Part shown: piece by piece, positions 1 to 10,843 of the stretch
Numbering within the stretch: position 1 is the first letter of the stretch
How the letters are laid out: the number at the start of each line of letters is the position of its first letter
Source of the DNA: an uncultured Ignavibacteria bacterium
GTDB lineage: Bacteria; Bacteroidota; Ignavibacteria; UBA10030; UBA6906
Direction: 5' to 3'
Assembly: GCA_963701735.1 (NCBI GenBank)
Contig: CAVPBI010000001.1
Location: 7,729 to 71,728 of the forward strand
DNA length: 64,000 bases
Notes under the pieces: model-generated
Told to the model about the DNA's origin: nothing
Seen by the model: the letters and a program-made list of their open reading frames with translations, nothing else
Database searches by the model: none
Made by a program: the position numbers and the translations under genes

Positions 1-507
1 ATCCGTCTCCTTTCCCGCATCCCCCTGGCCCCGCTGCGAAAGCTCATCGCGAAATCGGAGCCCGCGATCGGCCGCCTCGACAGTCACGTGGGCCGGTTTG
101 CCCGGGACCACACACGACGTTTCGCTGGCTCGCTGCTGTTCGGGTTTGCAGCCTGGCTGCTTGTCGGGGTTGAGTCGTACCTGATACTAAAGCTTCTCGG
201 GGCGGATCCGACGCTGACCCAGGCGATTGCCCTTGAGGCTGTTGCGTCGATCCTGCGTATCCTCTTCTTCTTCATCCCGAGCGGCCTTGGCGCAACCGAG
301 GTGGGGTTTGTCACGCTCCTCGTCGCATTCGGCTTTCCGGATGCCATCCCGCTCGCTGCGGCGTACATTGCCGTGAAGCGCGTGAAGGAAGCCGGCTGGG
401 TGGTGCTCGGGTACTTCGTCTTCTGGTTTGTGGGGCTGAACCCGTTCCGGAGGGTGCGTCCGCTCACGTCGGAGGTACCCGCCACATCCCCTGTGACAGC
501 CCTGTAG
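1..507 (+). CDS. 5'-partial lysylphosphatidylglycerol synthase TM / flippase-like membrane protein
   Basis: Frame open from base 1; several hydrophobic helices; FFIPSGLGATE motif typical of the LPG_synthase_TM family. Confidence 0.7.
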   Translation: MRLLSRIPLAPLRKLIAKSEPAIGRLDSHVGRFARDHTRRFAGSLLFGFAAWLLVGVESYLILKLLGADPTLTQAIALEAVASILRILFFFIPSGLGATEVGFVTLLVAFGFPDAIPLAAAYIAVKRVKEAGWVVLGYFVFWFVGLNPFRRVRPLTSEVPATSPVTAL

Positions 508-800
508 TCTATCCGTCTTAGCTACAGAAAGGGCGCCGACGTCTGACGCACTACTGCCACCGGAGCCTGGGAGTGAGCGGCGCGCCCTTGCTATTTGGAG
601 GCGCCGGGAGTAACTTCTCGCCATACACCATTTGGCGTCTGACGGCTTCCGGACTGTAGCGCCGCCGCTCTGGTTCAGACCGATGGACTATGGCCAATCG
701 ACGATAGTTCATTGTCGTCTCCCCCCCCGACGACCCGCTCCCCGGCAGGCCTCATACATCAAGCTCTCTTCAGACCAGCATCAAGGGAAAGGAGCGCCCG

Positions 801-2147
801 ATGACAGGACGATCTCTGGCACTCGCATGTGCCATGCAGTTGCTTCTGCTGCCGGCCATCTGCTTTGGACAGAAGTACGGCATCTATTCGACGACACTCT
901 CCAACGGGCTGGACGTGATCGCGGTGGAAAACCGCATCGTCCCGCTCGTGACCGTCGAGCTCAACGCCAGGAACGGGAGTTACACCGAGCCGCCCGAATA
1001 CAACGGCCTCTCACATCTGTACGAACACATGTTCTTCAAGGCCAACGCATCGATTCCGAACCAGGAACGGTACCTTGAACGCGCGCGCGAACTGGGGATG
1101 AGCTGGAACGGAACGACGAGCGAGGAACGCGTCAACTACTTCTTCACGATGTCCAGGGACAGCCTGATACAGGGACTCGCCTTCATGAAGGCCGCGGCAA
1201 TGACCCCGCTCTTCCTCCCGAGCGAGCTGGAGCGCGAGCGCCCGGTGGTCATCGGAGAATACGACCGGAACGAGTCCAACCCAGGGTACCATCTTTACGT
1301 CGCGGTCAACAGGAAGCTCTGGCACACATACTACAGCCGGAAGAACGCCCTTGGCGAGCGCGAGACTATCCTGAGCGCCGACCAGAAGAAGATGCAGACG
1401 ATCAAGGACCGGTACTACGTCCCGAACAACTCCGCGCTGCTCGTGTCAGGGGATGTCGATCACGAGCAGATATTCAAGCTCGCACAGGAGTATTTCGGCG
1501 ACTGGAAGAAGGCGGAGGATCCGTTCACACTGTACCCCGTTCCGGAACACCCGCCCCTCTCCGGGAGCGAGACGGTGATCGTGGAGAAGCCCGTCAATGC
1601 CGTGACGCTCATGATCGCCTGGCACGGACCGAGCCTCTCGAAGGATGTCCAGGCCACCTATGCGGCGGACGTTCTGAGCTACATCATGACGCAGCGCAAT
1701 TCGGGGTTCCAGAAGCGCCTTGTCGAAAGCGGCCTCTGCAGCTTCGCCAATTTCAGCTACCAGACTTTGAACTATACCGGTCCAATCCGCCTGGTGGCCC
1801 AGTTGAGCGCTGCCAAGTATGCCGAGGCGGAACGGGTGATCTTCGATGAGTTGAAGAAGCTCACCAATGCAGACTATTATACCGACGAACAGCTGGTGAC
1901 GGCGAAAGACCAGCTTGAACGAAACGAGCTATACTCGCAGGAAAGGCCTTCGTCGTTCGTGCACACGGTCGGGTACTGGTGGGCGGTGGCAGGCGGGCTC
2001 GACTACTACCTCCAGTATGTGGACAATCTGCGGAAGGTCACCAGGCAGGACATCAATGCCTACGTTCAGAAGTATATCCAGTCGGCACCCTACGTGAAGG
2101 GCGTGCTGGTGTCGCCCGGCGACCGGGACAAAGTCACTGCCAAGTAA
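801..2147 (+). CDS. M16 (pitrilysin/insulinase family) zinc metallopeptidase, catalytic subunit, exported
   Basis: Inverted zinc motif HLYEH (HxxEH), NGTT...YF, ERxVVxxE; N-terminal signal peptide; RBS aaggag. Confidence 0.92.
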   Translation: MTGRSLALACAMQLLLLPAICFGQKYGIYSTTLSNGLDVIAVENRIVPLVTVELNARNGSYTEPPEYNGLSHLYEHMFFKANASIPNQERYLERARELGMSWNGTTSEERVNYFFTMSRDSLIQGLAFMKAAAMTPLFLPSELERERPVVIGEYDRNESNPGYHLYVAVNRKLWHTYYSRKNALGERETILSADQKKMQTIKDRYYVPNNSALLVSGDVDHEQIFKLAQEYFGDWKKAEDPFTLYPVPEHPPLSGSETVIVEKPVNAVTLMIAWHGPSLSKDVQATYAADVLSYIMTQRNSGFQKRLVESGLCSFANFSYQTLNYTGPIRLVAQLSAAKYAEAERVIFDELKKLTNADYYTDEQLVTAKDQLERNELYSQERPSSFVHTVGYWWAVAGGLDYYLQYVDNLRKVTRQDINAYVQKYIQSAPYVKGVLVSPGDRDKVTAK

Positions 2148-2180
2148 TCATCCTCTCCTTCAGCGCAAGGAACGTCTGCT

Positions 2181-3489
2181 ATGAAAAAGCACTGGATGCA
2201 GATCGCCGTCGTCGTGCTCGCTTGTGTGGCATGGGAGAGCAGCGCACAGGAGAAGAGCGTGGCGGTCGATGAGTTCGTCGTCAATGGGCTCAAGGTTCTC
2301 GTGAAGCCCGTGAGCGCCAACGACATCATTTCCGTTCAGCTGTATCTGCGCGGCGGATGCATGAACCTCACGGAAGCCACGCAGGGGATCGAACATCTCC
2401 TCCTTCAAAGCGCCCTCAAGGGGAGCACGAACTATCCGAAGGAGCAGCTGAACGCGGTCCTGGACAGGACAGCCTCCGCTATCACCGGCGCGAGCACCAG
2501 GAACTACAGCAAAGTCACGCTGCGGTGCCTGAAATCCGACATCGACATGCTCTGGGATGTCTTTGCGGACGTCATCATGCGGCCGGCATTCGTTCCGGAA
2601 GACGTGGAGGTGGTCCGGAACAACATCCTGCTGGGCATCCGACAGCGGAAGGACAATCCCGACAGCTATCTGGCGATGGTTTCGGATGAGGGATTCTACG
2701 CGGGACACCCCTACCGCTTTGAGCCGGAAGGTGTGGAGGGCTCCATGTCAGCCCTGACCATCGAGCAAATGAAGAAGTACCTGACTGACAACCTCGTGAC
2801 CAGCAAGCTGCTCCTGGTTGTGGTCGGGAACATGAGCAAGGAAGATGTGCGGAAGAAAGTTGAGGCGACGTTCGGAAAGCTTCCCCAGGGCCAGTACAAG
2901 CCCGTATTCCCCCCTCCCGTCGTGCACGCGACGCCGTCCATGAAGGTCATCGAGCAGCAGATGCCCGACGAACTATTTCCGGGGGACATTTGCGCTGCCC
3001 GGTCCGTCCGATCCGGACCACCATACGACCCTCGTCATGATGAGCGTGCTCGGAACGCGCGTCTGGGAAGAGGTGCGGACGAAGCGGAATCTCTCGTATG
3101 CGCCGGCTGCCCGGAGTACGAACTTCTTTGCCAACCAGGGGTTTCTGTACGTTACAACGGTCCATCCGGACAGCGCCGTGAAGGTCATGCTGGGAGAGGT
3201 GAAGCGGCTGCAGAACGAGCCCGTCCCTGCCAAAGACCTGAAGGACCGGATCACGATGTTTCTGACCGGGTACACGCTCGCCCGCGAAACGAACGAGTCG
3301 CAGGGAGATTTTCTCGCATTCTATGAGCTGTCGGGCGCCGGCTGGAAGGCGACGACCCAGCTGATGGACCGGTTGCGCGGCGTTTCTCCGGCAGATATCC
3401 AGAGAGTGGCCGGAAAGTATTTCCACGGCATGCAGACGACCGTGATCGGGGATCCGAAATCTGTGCACAAAGAGGTGTATCAGTACTAA
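2181..3489 (+). CDS. M16 peptidase partner subunit (no HxxEH, carries R/Y motif), split by a +1 frameshift near 2964-2966
   Basis: Removing one C from atgcccgacg joins ORF 2181 to ORF 3037 (...QMPTNYFRGTF...EEVRTKRNLSYA); signal peptide. Confidence 0.85.
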
Positions 3490-3600
3490 CAGAAGACAGT
3501 CAGCATTGGTGCGCCTATGAGAGAGCCTGAAGTGTCGACAGCGCAACGCGGGTCGGCATTCAGGCTCTTCCATGTGAACCGCGATGGCGATGCCGACGGG

Positions 3601-4959
3601 TTAGGCCTTCTTCATGACCTCCAGCGTCCGCGGGGTCTTCCACATTCCGCGCGTGAAGTCGGGGAAGGGGACCGGCTCCCCGCTCTTGGATATCGACTGT
3701 CCGCTTAGCTCCGATACGGCGCTGAGGACTGCGGCGTCGTAGACATCCATGTCGGGAGTCCTACCCTGCAGCAGGGCCTGTACCAGCCGGTAATCCTCGA
3801 TGAAGTCCATGCCGCCGTGACCGGCCCCTTTGCTCTTCTCCTCCAGCTCCACCCAGACCGGATGGTTGTACTCCTTCATGTAGGCGTCCACCGCTTCCCA
3901 TTCGTGCGCCGGGCTCTTCTTTTCAATGTGCACCAGCGTTTCCGGGTATTTCCGCACGATGCCCTTCGTCCCCTGCACGAGAATGTCGCGGCTGTACGGC
4001 CGGGGCGAGCTCGTGTCGTGCTTCAGGATCACCGTTTCCCCTTTGTTCGTCCGAAGGGCGGTGATGACCACATCGCTCAGGGCGAACGTCTCCTTCGCCT
4101 GAGGGCTGTCTGGCCCGAACCGATTGACGGCATAGAGATGAAGGCCGCGGGTCTTCGTACCGAACGCAGCCAGGGACTCGAAGCAATTTCCGCGGTTGAT
4201 CTCGAGGCATTGCGCGATCGGACCGAGGCCGTGCGTCGGGTACAGGTCGCCGTTCCTCTTCCACGAATGGGCCCGCCTCCAGCGGCCCTCTCCCTCCATG
4301 TCATGCTTCACCTCCCGGAGATCGTGCAGGTACCCGCATTCAGTGTGCAGGAGCTCCCCGAGGACGCCCTGCATCACCATATTCAGGATCATCATCTCGA
4401 CGCTGTCGTAGTTGCAGTTCTCCATCATGATGCAGTGCCGGCCGGTCTTCTCTGACGTCTCGATCAGGCGCCAGCAATCCGCGATCGTATACGCGGCGGG
4501 GACCTCTGTCGCGGCGTGCTTGCCGGTGTTCATCGCCTCCAGGCAGACCGGAACATGCCATTCCCACGGCGTGGCGGTGTAGACGAGGTCGAGGTCGTCG
4601 CGCTGGCACAGCCGTTTGAAGTCCTCTTCCCCGCGCGCATACCCTTCCGGACCTGGCTGCCCGGCCTTCACGCACATCTCCTGTGCCCGCTTGACACGAT
4701 CCTCCACGATGTCGCAGACGGCCACGATCTCGGCCCCTTCGATCTTCAGGAGGTTGCTGACGTGGGAAGTCCCCATGCCGCCCACCCCGACGTATCCGAT
4801 CCGCACCTTCTTCAGCGGTTCGCCGGCAGGGGCCGGGCGGGCGGGATAGTCGAGCATGGCGGGAGCTCTGGAGCTGGTGGTCGCACTCGCGAGCGCAAGC
4901 CCGACTCCGGCCATTGTCGTGTTCCGGATGAATTCCCTCCGGCTCTTTCGGACCATCAT
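3601..4959 (-). CDS. GH109-type NAD+-dependent glycosidase (alpha-N-acetylgalactosaminidase-like; Gfo/Idh/MocA fold), Tat-exported
   Basis: SRREFI twin-arginine signal, GxGxxG, YPTHGLGP and GHGGMD motifs; RBS aggagg. Confidence 0.88.
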   Translation of the reverse strand: MMVRKSRREFIRNTTMAGVGLALASATTSSRAPAMLDYPARPAPAGEPLKKVRIGYVGVGGMGTSHVSNLLKIEGAEIVAVCDIVEDRVKRAQEMCVKAGQPGPEGYARGEEDFKRLCQRDDLDLVYTATPWEWHVPVCLEAMNTGKHAATEVPAAYTIADCWRLIETSEKTGRHCIMMENCNYDSVEMMILNMVMQGVLGELLHTECGYLHDLREVKHDMEGEGRWRRAHSWKRNGDLYPTHGLGPIAQCLEINRGNCFESLAAFGTKTRGLHLYAVNRFGPDSPQAKETFALSDVVITALRTNKGETVILKHDTSSPRPYSRDILVQGTKGIVRKYPETLVHIEKKSPAHEWEAVDAYMKEYNHPVWVELEEKSKGAGHGGMDFIEDYRLVQALLQGRTPDMDVYDAAVLSAVSELSGQSISKSGEPVPFPDFTRGMWKTPRTLEVMKKA

Positions 4960-5104
4960 GTTCGCCTCCTGCGCTGTTCTGCGGTCAAAGTACGGAGGAG
5001 AATTGGGAGGAGCAAGAGAAAGCCGTCGCCGTGACGCCTCCTCGCACTGCGTCGGTGGTGCCCGACACGCCGGTCGGGTATCCGGCAGGGGGCGGGAATG
5101 TGCC

Positions 5105-5133
5105 TTGACAATTCCCTATGTTATGGCTATTCT
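5105..5133 (+). promoter_or_regulatory. sigma70-type promoter for the GH18 gene
   Basis: TTGACA-N17-TATTCT about 100 bp upstream of ATG 5231. Confidence 0.65.
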
Positions 5134-5230
5134 CAGGCCGCACAGCCCCAGATCGGCCGCAAACGTGGACGGCTCCTGGATACCGCAGGTGGATCACACG
5201 CGGCGTTCTGAACAATGACCGGACAGACCA

Positions 5231-6526
5231 ATGGAGAAGAAGGCACGCGCAGGAATCGCGATGGCTATCGTGTCGCTGCTTGTGAGCGTCGCACCAGACC
5301 TGCGGGGGGCGGACACAGGCCTTCCCCGGCCAGGGAACAACAAAGTTGCCTACTACGTCTTTGACTCCGGCGGACCCGACCGTTACCCTATGCCGACGTT
5401 CACCGATGCGGCCAACATCGTGGTGGTCTTCGAAGGGACATTGTGGGAGCTGGCCGATTCCGCGCACTATGCCACGAGCTGGATGCGGAACGTGAACTAT
5501 CACTCGCACGCCGAGGTCCTTCGCGATATCAAAGTCCTGCAGGCGCAGGGCGTCAAAGTCCTGATGAACGTCGACGATGCGGTATCGTGGAGCACATCGA
5601 CGCCGTTCACGACGCATGATGGGAAGAAGCTCACCCCTCAGGAATTTGCCGCGTTCATCAAGGCGTGTGCAATTGATTCGGTGGGTCTCGACGGCATCTC
5701 CCTCGACATAGAGCATGGCGCGACCGGGAACGCCGCCTACATTTCGCTCCTCAAGGAAATCGGGAAGTACTTCGGCCCGCTGTCCCCCGACAGCACGTCG
5801 CAAATGTATATAGCAGCCATTTATGCCGGAGGTGCGCCGGGTCCCGTCATAGGGAAGTCCCGGGATATTACGGCGCACATGAATTTCATCATGGACATGG
5901 CGTATTTCGTCTGGGACTATGCAGCCCGGTTCAAGCAATGGGCCGACTCCATCGGCGCCTCCAGGACCATGGTCGGAGTGCTGAACGACTACTACGACGT
6001 ATCGCACGCGATGAGCGCGGCGTCCTGGCAGCCCGCTTCACCTCCCAAGGCGGGCATCATGGTGTACGCCGCGAACAACCTGAAATCGTACACCGACGCA
6101 GTCTTCAATGCCCTGGTTGTGCCAACGGGGGTCGAGGCAGACCAGGATCCGCCGGATGAGATCCCGGAGGGATATGTTCTCATGCAGAACTATCCCAATC
6201 CGTTCAATCCAAGCACGACGATCGAGTTCAGGGTTGGTGGGCTGGGGCCGAGCCAGGTGAGGCTTGCGGTGTCCGACATGCTCGGCCGGGAAGTGACGGT
6301 CCTGGTCGATGAAAAGAAGGCGCCGGGGAACTATCGCGTGACGTTCGATGCCGCGAACCTGTCGAGCGGAGTCTATCTGTGCCGTCTGCACGTCCGCCCT
6401 CTGGACTTCCCGCGACTGGATTCCGACGCTGGGCGGGATTCGGAGAGCGGAACCGCCGTCGAGCCGGGCTCCTGGATTGGAGCGGAGGACTTTGTGCAGG
6501 CGATGAAGCTCGTCCTTATCCGCTGA
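5231..6526 (+). CDS. GH18 endo-beta-N-acetylglucosaminidase (Endo-F3-like) with T9SS sorting domain
   Basis: LDGISLDIEH catalytic motif, AYYV, GVKVLMNVDDAVSW and KYFG segments resembling Endo-F3; QNYPNPFNPST CTD; signal peptide. Confidence 0.85.
   Translation: MEKKARAGIAMAIVSLLVSVAPDLRGADTGLPRPGNNKVAYYVFDSGGPDRYPMPTFTDAANIVVVFEGTLWELADSAHYATSWMRNVNYHSHAEVLRDIKVLQAQGVKVLMNVDDAVSWSTSTPFTTHDGKKLTPQEFAAFIKACAIDSVGLDGISLDIEHGATGNAAYISLLKEIGKYFGPLSPDSTSQMYIAAIYAGGAPGPVIGKSRDITAHMNFIMDMAYFVWDYAARFKQWADSIGASRTMVGVLNDYYDVSHAMSAASWQPASPPKAGIMVYAANNLKSYTDAVFNALVVPTGVEADQDPPDEIPEGYVLMQNYPNPFNPSTTIEFRVGGLGPSQVRLAVSDMLGREVTVLVDEKKAPGNYRVTFDAANLSSGVYLCRLHVRPLDFPRLDSDAGRDSESGTAVEPGSWIGAEDFVQAMKLVLIR
6392..6481 (+). 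repeat. Two nested copies (2 x 45 bp) of an in-frame palindromic element inside the T9SS CTD
   Basis: 30 extra codons relative to the uninterrupted CTD ending at 35654; outer copy VRPLD|SAVEPGSWIG, inner copy about 6408-6452 (..RLDSDAGRDSESG). Confidence 0.75.
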
Positions 6527-6785
6527 CCCTTCTCAACACGCCCGCCAGGAGGGTCCAGAGCGCGCGGCGGTTCTGCAGTCAGGATGTCATGGAAAGAGCG
6601 GGAGATTGAATTGTGTGCGATCACATCGCCGGCAGGGAGCGAACTGATGTCGATGTATGGGGGAAGGATATTGAGCGCAGCCACCGAGGCAGGGCGCACC
6701 TACGATCCGGGTCGCACGCAATTGTCGCGAATGGACGATGCATGAAGACCGGGACTGAATCAGGAAAAGTGTCAGAGAGGCAAGC

Positions 6786-9700
6786 ATGAAATCGAATGTG
6801 AAAGCCGTCGCGATCGCAGGCACCCTTCTTCTGATCGGCAGTCTCTGCAGCAGGGCGGATGCGGCGATCCATCCCCAGAACCTCAAATGCGAGTATCGTG
6901 CGAACCCTGTGGGAATCGATCTTTTGACCCCCCGGCTGAGCTGGGAACTCGCAAGCAAAGAGAACGGCGAGCGGCAGACGGCCTATCGGATCATGGTCTC
7001 CAGCAGCGAAGAGCTCCTGAGCTCCGGCGTGGGAGACGTCTGGGATACACAACGGGTCGACTCCGATCAATCGGTCAATGTCTATTATAGAGGCACACCC
7101 CTGAAATCAGGGCGGAAATACCTCTGGAAGGTTCAGGCATGGGGAAACGACGGCACCCTGTCGGAGTGGAGCTCACCGTCTTTCTGGAGCATGGGGTTGT
7201 TGAGCGAAGAAGAATGGAAGGCGAAATGGATCGGGCTGGACAGACCCGTGGGGGCTGACGACACCACTGAGTTCACACGGCTCTCGGCGCGGTATGTGCG
7301 AAAGGAATTTCAGGTCGGCAAGGAGATTCAAAGCGCGACTGTGTACGTCTGCGGGCTCGGCCTGTATGAGCTGTCCATCAACGGGACAAAGGTCGGCAAC
7401 GAGGTCCTGGTCCCGGCGCAGACGCAATTCAACAAAAGGGTCCTGTACAACACCTATGACGTGACAGGCCGGGTAACCGGAGGTGCAAACGCCATTGGCG
7501 TCATCCTCGGCAACGGGCGGTATTTCACGATGCGGAAATCCAACATGGCCAACTTCGGATTTCCCAAACTGCTCCTGCACATGGAGATCGTCTACCGCGA
7601 CGGCTCGAAGGAACTTCTCGCCAGCGACCAGACATGGAAGATAACCGCTGACGGGCCGATCACCGAGAACAGCGAGTACGATGGAGAGAAGTACGACGCA
7701 AGAAAGGAGATGGAGGGCTGGGACAGGGTTGGCTTTGACGACCGGACCTGGTTGGCTGCGGAAGTGCTTACAAAGCCGACAGAGCAAATCCGGGCGCAGA
7801 TCAACGAGCCGATCAGGGTTACGGAAACCCTCAGCCCGGTCTCGGTGAAGGACATCAAGCGGGGCGTCCATATCTTCGATATGGGTCAGAACATGGTGGG
7901 CTGGGTGAGGCTCAGAGTCAAGGGTGATGCGGGAACCAGAGTACGAATGCGTTTTGCGGAATCACTCGACGCGGACTCGCTTTATCTGGCCAACATCCGG
8001 GGCGCGAAGGTCACAGACGAGTATGTCTGCAAGGGGGAAGGCGTGGAAACATGGCAGCCGCGTTTCACGTATCACGGCTTCAGGTACGTGGAAGTGACAG
8101 GGTTTCCCGGCACGCCCGATCTGACGACAATCGAGGGGAAGGTGGTTCACGACGATGTGACGAGAATCGGCACCTTTTCCTGTTCAAACGACAATATCAA
8201 CAGGATCTTCAGGAACGCCGTGTGGGGGATCCGGGGGAACTACAGGAGTTTTCCGACGGACTGCCCCCAGAGAGACGAGCGGCACGGCTGGCTCGGAGAC
8301 AGGGCGGTGGGCTCGAAAGGGGAGAGCTTTGTGTTCAATATTGCCAATCTCTACGGCAAATGGATCGGCGACATTGTCGATGCACAGAGGTACGACGGTT
8401 CCATACCGGACGTCTGCCCCGCGTACTGGAATCTCTATTCGGACAACGTGACCTGGGACGGAACGCCGATTGTGCTGCTGGAGATGCTCAGGACTCAATA
8501 TGCCGACCTGGAGATCGTCCGGCAGGCGTATCCGAACATGAAGAAGTGGCACGACTACATGACGAGGAAGTACCTCAAGGATGGATTGATGCCCCGGGAC
8601 ACGTACGGAGACTGGTGCGTCCCTCCCGATGAGCCCACGGCAATTCATACCGCGGATCCTCTCAGAATCACCCGGGGATCGTACATAGGCAGTGCGTACT
8701 TCTACTTTCTCACGCAGACGATGAAGGACTTTGCGCGGCTCCTGGGGAAGAAGGAGGATGAGCTCTCGTTCGCCCGCAAGGCGGAATCGATGAAGAGGGC
8801 GTTCAATACAACGTACTGGAATCCGAAGACGCGCACGTACAGCAACAACACGGCAACGGCAAATATCCTTGCGCTCGCATTCGGCCTGGCGGACGACAAG
8901 AACAGGAGGAGGGTCGCTGACAATCTGGTCGAAGGAATCGAGACCAGATTCAAAGGACACATACCAACCGGGCTCGTCGGGGCGCAATTCCTGATGAGGA
9001 CGCTGACGCAGATCGGCCGTCCCGACATTGCGTACCGGTTTGCCACCCAGACAGACTATCCGAGCTGGGGGTACATGATCCAGAACGACGCAACCACCAT
9101 CTGGGAGCTCTGGAACGGGAACACGGCCGACCCCGCGATGAACTCGCAAAATCACGTAATGCTCCTCGGGGATCTGATCACATGGTTCTACGAGAACCTT
9201 GCGGGTATCAAGTCGAGCACGACAGAAACAGGATTCAAGCACGTCACTGTGGAGCCGACACTCATCGCAGGGCTGGATGCAGTGGACGCGTCGCACGATT
9301 CCCCCTACGGAACGATTGCAAGCAGGTGGAACGTTGCAGGGGGAACGTTCACCTGGGACGTGTCTGTTCCGGTGAATGTGACCGCGACGCTTCATGTCCC
9401 GGCGGGGAAGCCGGCCGATGTTCTGGAGAACGGCCGGCCGCTCTCTGAATCCGGCTATTGCCGTATCGCCGGGACGACGGGCGGCAGGGTTGTCGTGGAG
9501 ATTCCCTCGGGGCGGTACAGATTCTCCTCGACCGGGTTCACCGTCGTCACACCGCCGAAGATTGTGGCCGCGCCCCGGATCGAGAACAGGATGTTGTCTG
9601 ATGAGAACCCGATTGCGATCGAGCTTACATGCGGTACCGAAGGCGCGACGATCCGCTACACGACGGACAATATGATGCCGACCGAGAAGTCGCGGCTCTA

Positions 9701-10280
9701 CGATGGCAACCTGACGATTTCAAAGAGCGCTGTCGTGAGGGCGAAAGCGTTCAAGCCGGGGTACACAGACAGCTATGAAGCCAGGGCGGAAATCGACATT
9801 CATCCCAAACGGATCCCGGTGCAGGATATCACGTTTGTAACGGGATATTCGACGAAGTACACTCCTGCGCACGGCGACAGGACGCTGATCGACCGTGAGG
9901 AGGGATCCTCGACGTTCAGCGACAGGAAATGGGTAGGCTACGAAGCGGGCGACATGGAGGTGATACTCGACATGGGGAAGCCCACGGCGATTCGCCGGAT
10001 ACTCATGAGGTTCTTGAGCAGTCCGAATTCGTGGATCTTCTTGCCCGAGGCAATCGAGGTGGGCGCCTCGAATACCATGGGGCAATTTGCCTCGGTAGCG
10101 AACATTCGGAATGGCGTCCCGAAGGATGTCTCTGCGATCCAAAAGTATGCGATACCGCTGAAGAATGTCGAAGCCCGGTATCTGAAGATAAAGGTGAAGA
10201 ACTACGGCAAGTGCCCGGACTGGCACACTGTCCCGGGTGGCGACGCGTGGATCTTTGTGGACGAGATCTTCGTTGAATAG
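6786..10280 (+). CDS. GH78 alpha-L-rhamnosidase with C-terminal FN3-associated and F5/8 type C domains
   Basis: PTDCPQRDERHGWLGD, YGDWC, ATTIWELWN, MNSQNH motifs; IRYTTD and WIFVDEI accessory-domain signatures. Confidence 0.92.
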   Translation: MKSNVKAVAIAGTLLLIGSLCSRADAAIHPQNLKCEYRANPVGIDLLTPRLSWELASKENGERQTAYRIMVSSSEELLSSGVGDVWDTQRVDSDQSVNVYYRGTPLKSGRKYLWKVQAWGNDGTLSEWSSPSFWSMGLLSEEEWKAKWIGLDRPVGADDTTEFTRLSARYVRKEFQVGKEIQSATVYVCGLGLYELSINGTKVGNEVLVPAQTQFNKRVLYNTYDVTGRVTGGANAIGVILGNGRYFTMRKSNMANFGFPKLLLHMEIVYRDGSKELLASDQTWKITADGPITENSEYDGEKYDARKEMEGWDRVGFDDRTWLAAEVLTKPTEQIRAQINEPIRVTETLSPVSVKDIKRGVHIFDMGQNMVGWVRLRVKGDAGTRVRMRFAESLDADSLYLANIRGAKVTDEYVCKGEGVETWQPRFTYHGFRYVEVTGFPGTPDLTTIEGKVVHDDVTRIGTFSCSNDNINRIFRNAVWGIRGNYRSFPTDCPQRDERHGWLGDRAVGSKGESFVFNIANLYGKWIGDIVDAQRYDGSIPDVCPAYWNLYSDNVTWDGTPIVLLEMLRTQYADLEIVRQAYPNMKKWHDYMTRKYLKDGLMPRDTYGDWCVPPDEPTAIHTADPLRITRGSYIGSAYFYFLTQTMKDFARLLGKKEDELSFARKAESMKRAFNTTYWNPKTRTYSNNTATANILALAFGLADDKNRRRVADNLVEGIETRFKGHIPTGLVGAQFLMRTLTQIGRPDIAYRFATQTDYPSWGYMIQNDATTIWELWNGNTADPAMNSQNHVMLLGDLITWFYENLAGIKSSTTETGFKHVTVEPTLIAGLDAVDASHDSPYGTIASRWNVAGGTFTWDVSVPVNVTATLHVPAGKPADVLENGRPLSESGYCRIAGTTGGRVVVEIPSGRYRFSSTGFTVVTPPKIVAAPRIENRMLSDENPIAIELTCGTEGATIRYTTDNMMPTEKSRLYDGNLTISKSAVVRAKAFKPGYTDSYEARAEIDIHPKRIPVQDITFVTGYSTKYTPAHGDRTLIDREEGSSTFSDRKWVGYEAGDMEVILDMGKPTAIRRILMRFLSSPNSWIFLPEAIEVGASNTMGQFASVANIRNGVPKDVSAIQKYAIPLKNVEARYLKIKVKNYGKCPDWHTVPGGDAWIFVDEIFVE

Positions 10281-10472
10281 CAGACTGTGACCGTAGTATC
10301 TGTGCAAGCGAGGACCAGGGGTATGTGATGGCGCTTGCGACGTGGGAGGTTCTGAAGAAGTGAACGTCAGTGTGCCCCTACGGGCACGGGGCTGGGGGAA
10401 ACAGGGCCCGGCTGGACTCGACGAGGTGTGAGGAGCGACGAGAGAAGGGTAGTTCCCTCGCGCGGCCGCGCG

Positions 10473-10652
10473 TCACGTGTGCCTGGGATTCGGCACTTCC
10501 TGGGAGTAGAGCGTGTTCCTGAGCAGCGGGTGCGAGCTCCGCTGGCGAAACGCGATGCGATTTCGGAAATCTGTGCGACGGAAGTACAGCTCGACAAAGT
10601 AGTCGACGGTCAGGATCACGAGCGACGCAATGATGATTTCCAAAGGAGTCAC
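10473..10652 (-). CDS. Small (59 aa) single-pass membrane protein
   Basis: GGAGG RBS 5 nt before GTG 10652; hydrophobic N-terminus (IIIASLVILTVDYFVELYF); sigma54 promoter upstream. Confidence 0.6.
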   Translation of the reverse strand: MTPLEIIIASLVILTVDYFVELYFRRTDFRNRIAFRQRSSHPLLRNTLYSQEVPNPRHT

Positions 10653-10749
10653 AGGGCCCTCCGTGGGCCGGGGGCGCGGATCTACCCGAGGTGCGGTTCT
10701 CGCTCTCGTGCCTGCGCTGTCGTTCCGGCTTCTTCCCTGCGACATGGAC

Positions 10750-10765
10750 TGCAAGTGGCGTGCCA
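10750..10765 (-). promoter_or_regulatory. sigma54 -24/-12 promoter
   Basis: Minus strand TGGCACGccacTTGCA, a perfect match to TGGCACG-N4-TTGCW. Confidence 0.85.
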
Positions 10766-10843
10766 GCCACCGGCAACGACGGTGGGCCGATTAGGGCGAT
10801 TCTGGACTGACCAAGGGAGCTGCCATCCGGCGGACCTGGCGCA

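Noticed and set aside
2955-2985. Programmed frameshift or pseudogenisation in the second M16 gene
   Set aside because: A single extra C in a short C-run, with no slippery heptamer. Together with the +1 insertions at about 19260 and 25670 in otherwise intact genes, sequencing or assembly error is more likely. Raw reads would decide.
8184-9395. Long antisense ORFs (also 14113-15546, 29193-30491, 54557-55987, 59113-60318)
   Set aside because: Shadow frames of real genes, expected at high GC; no motifs and biased composition
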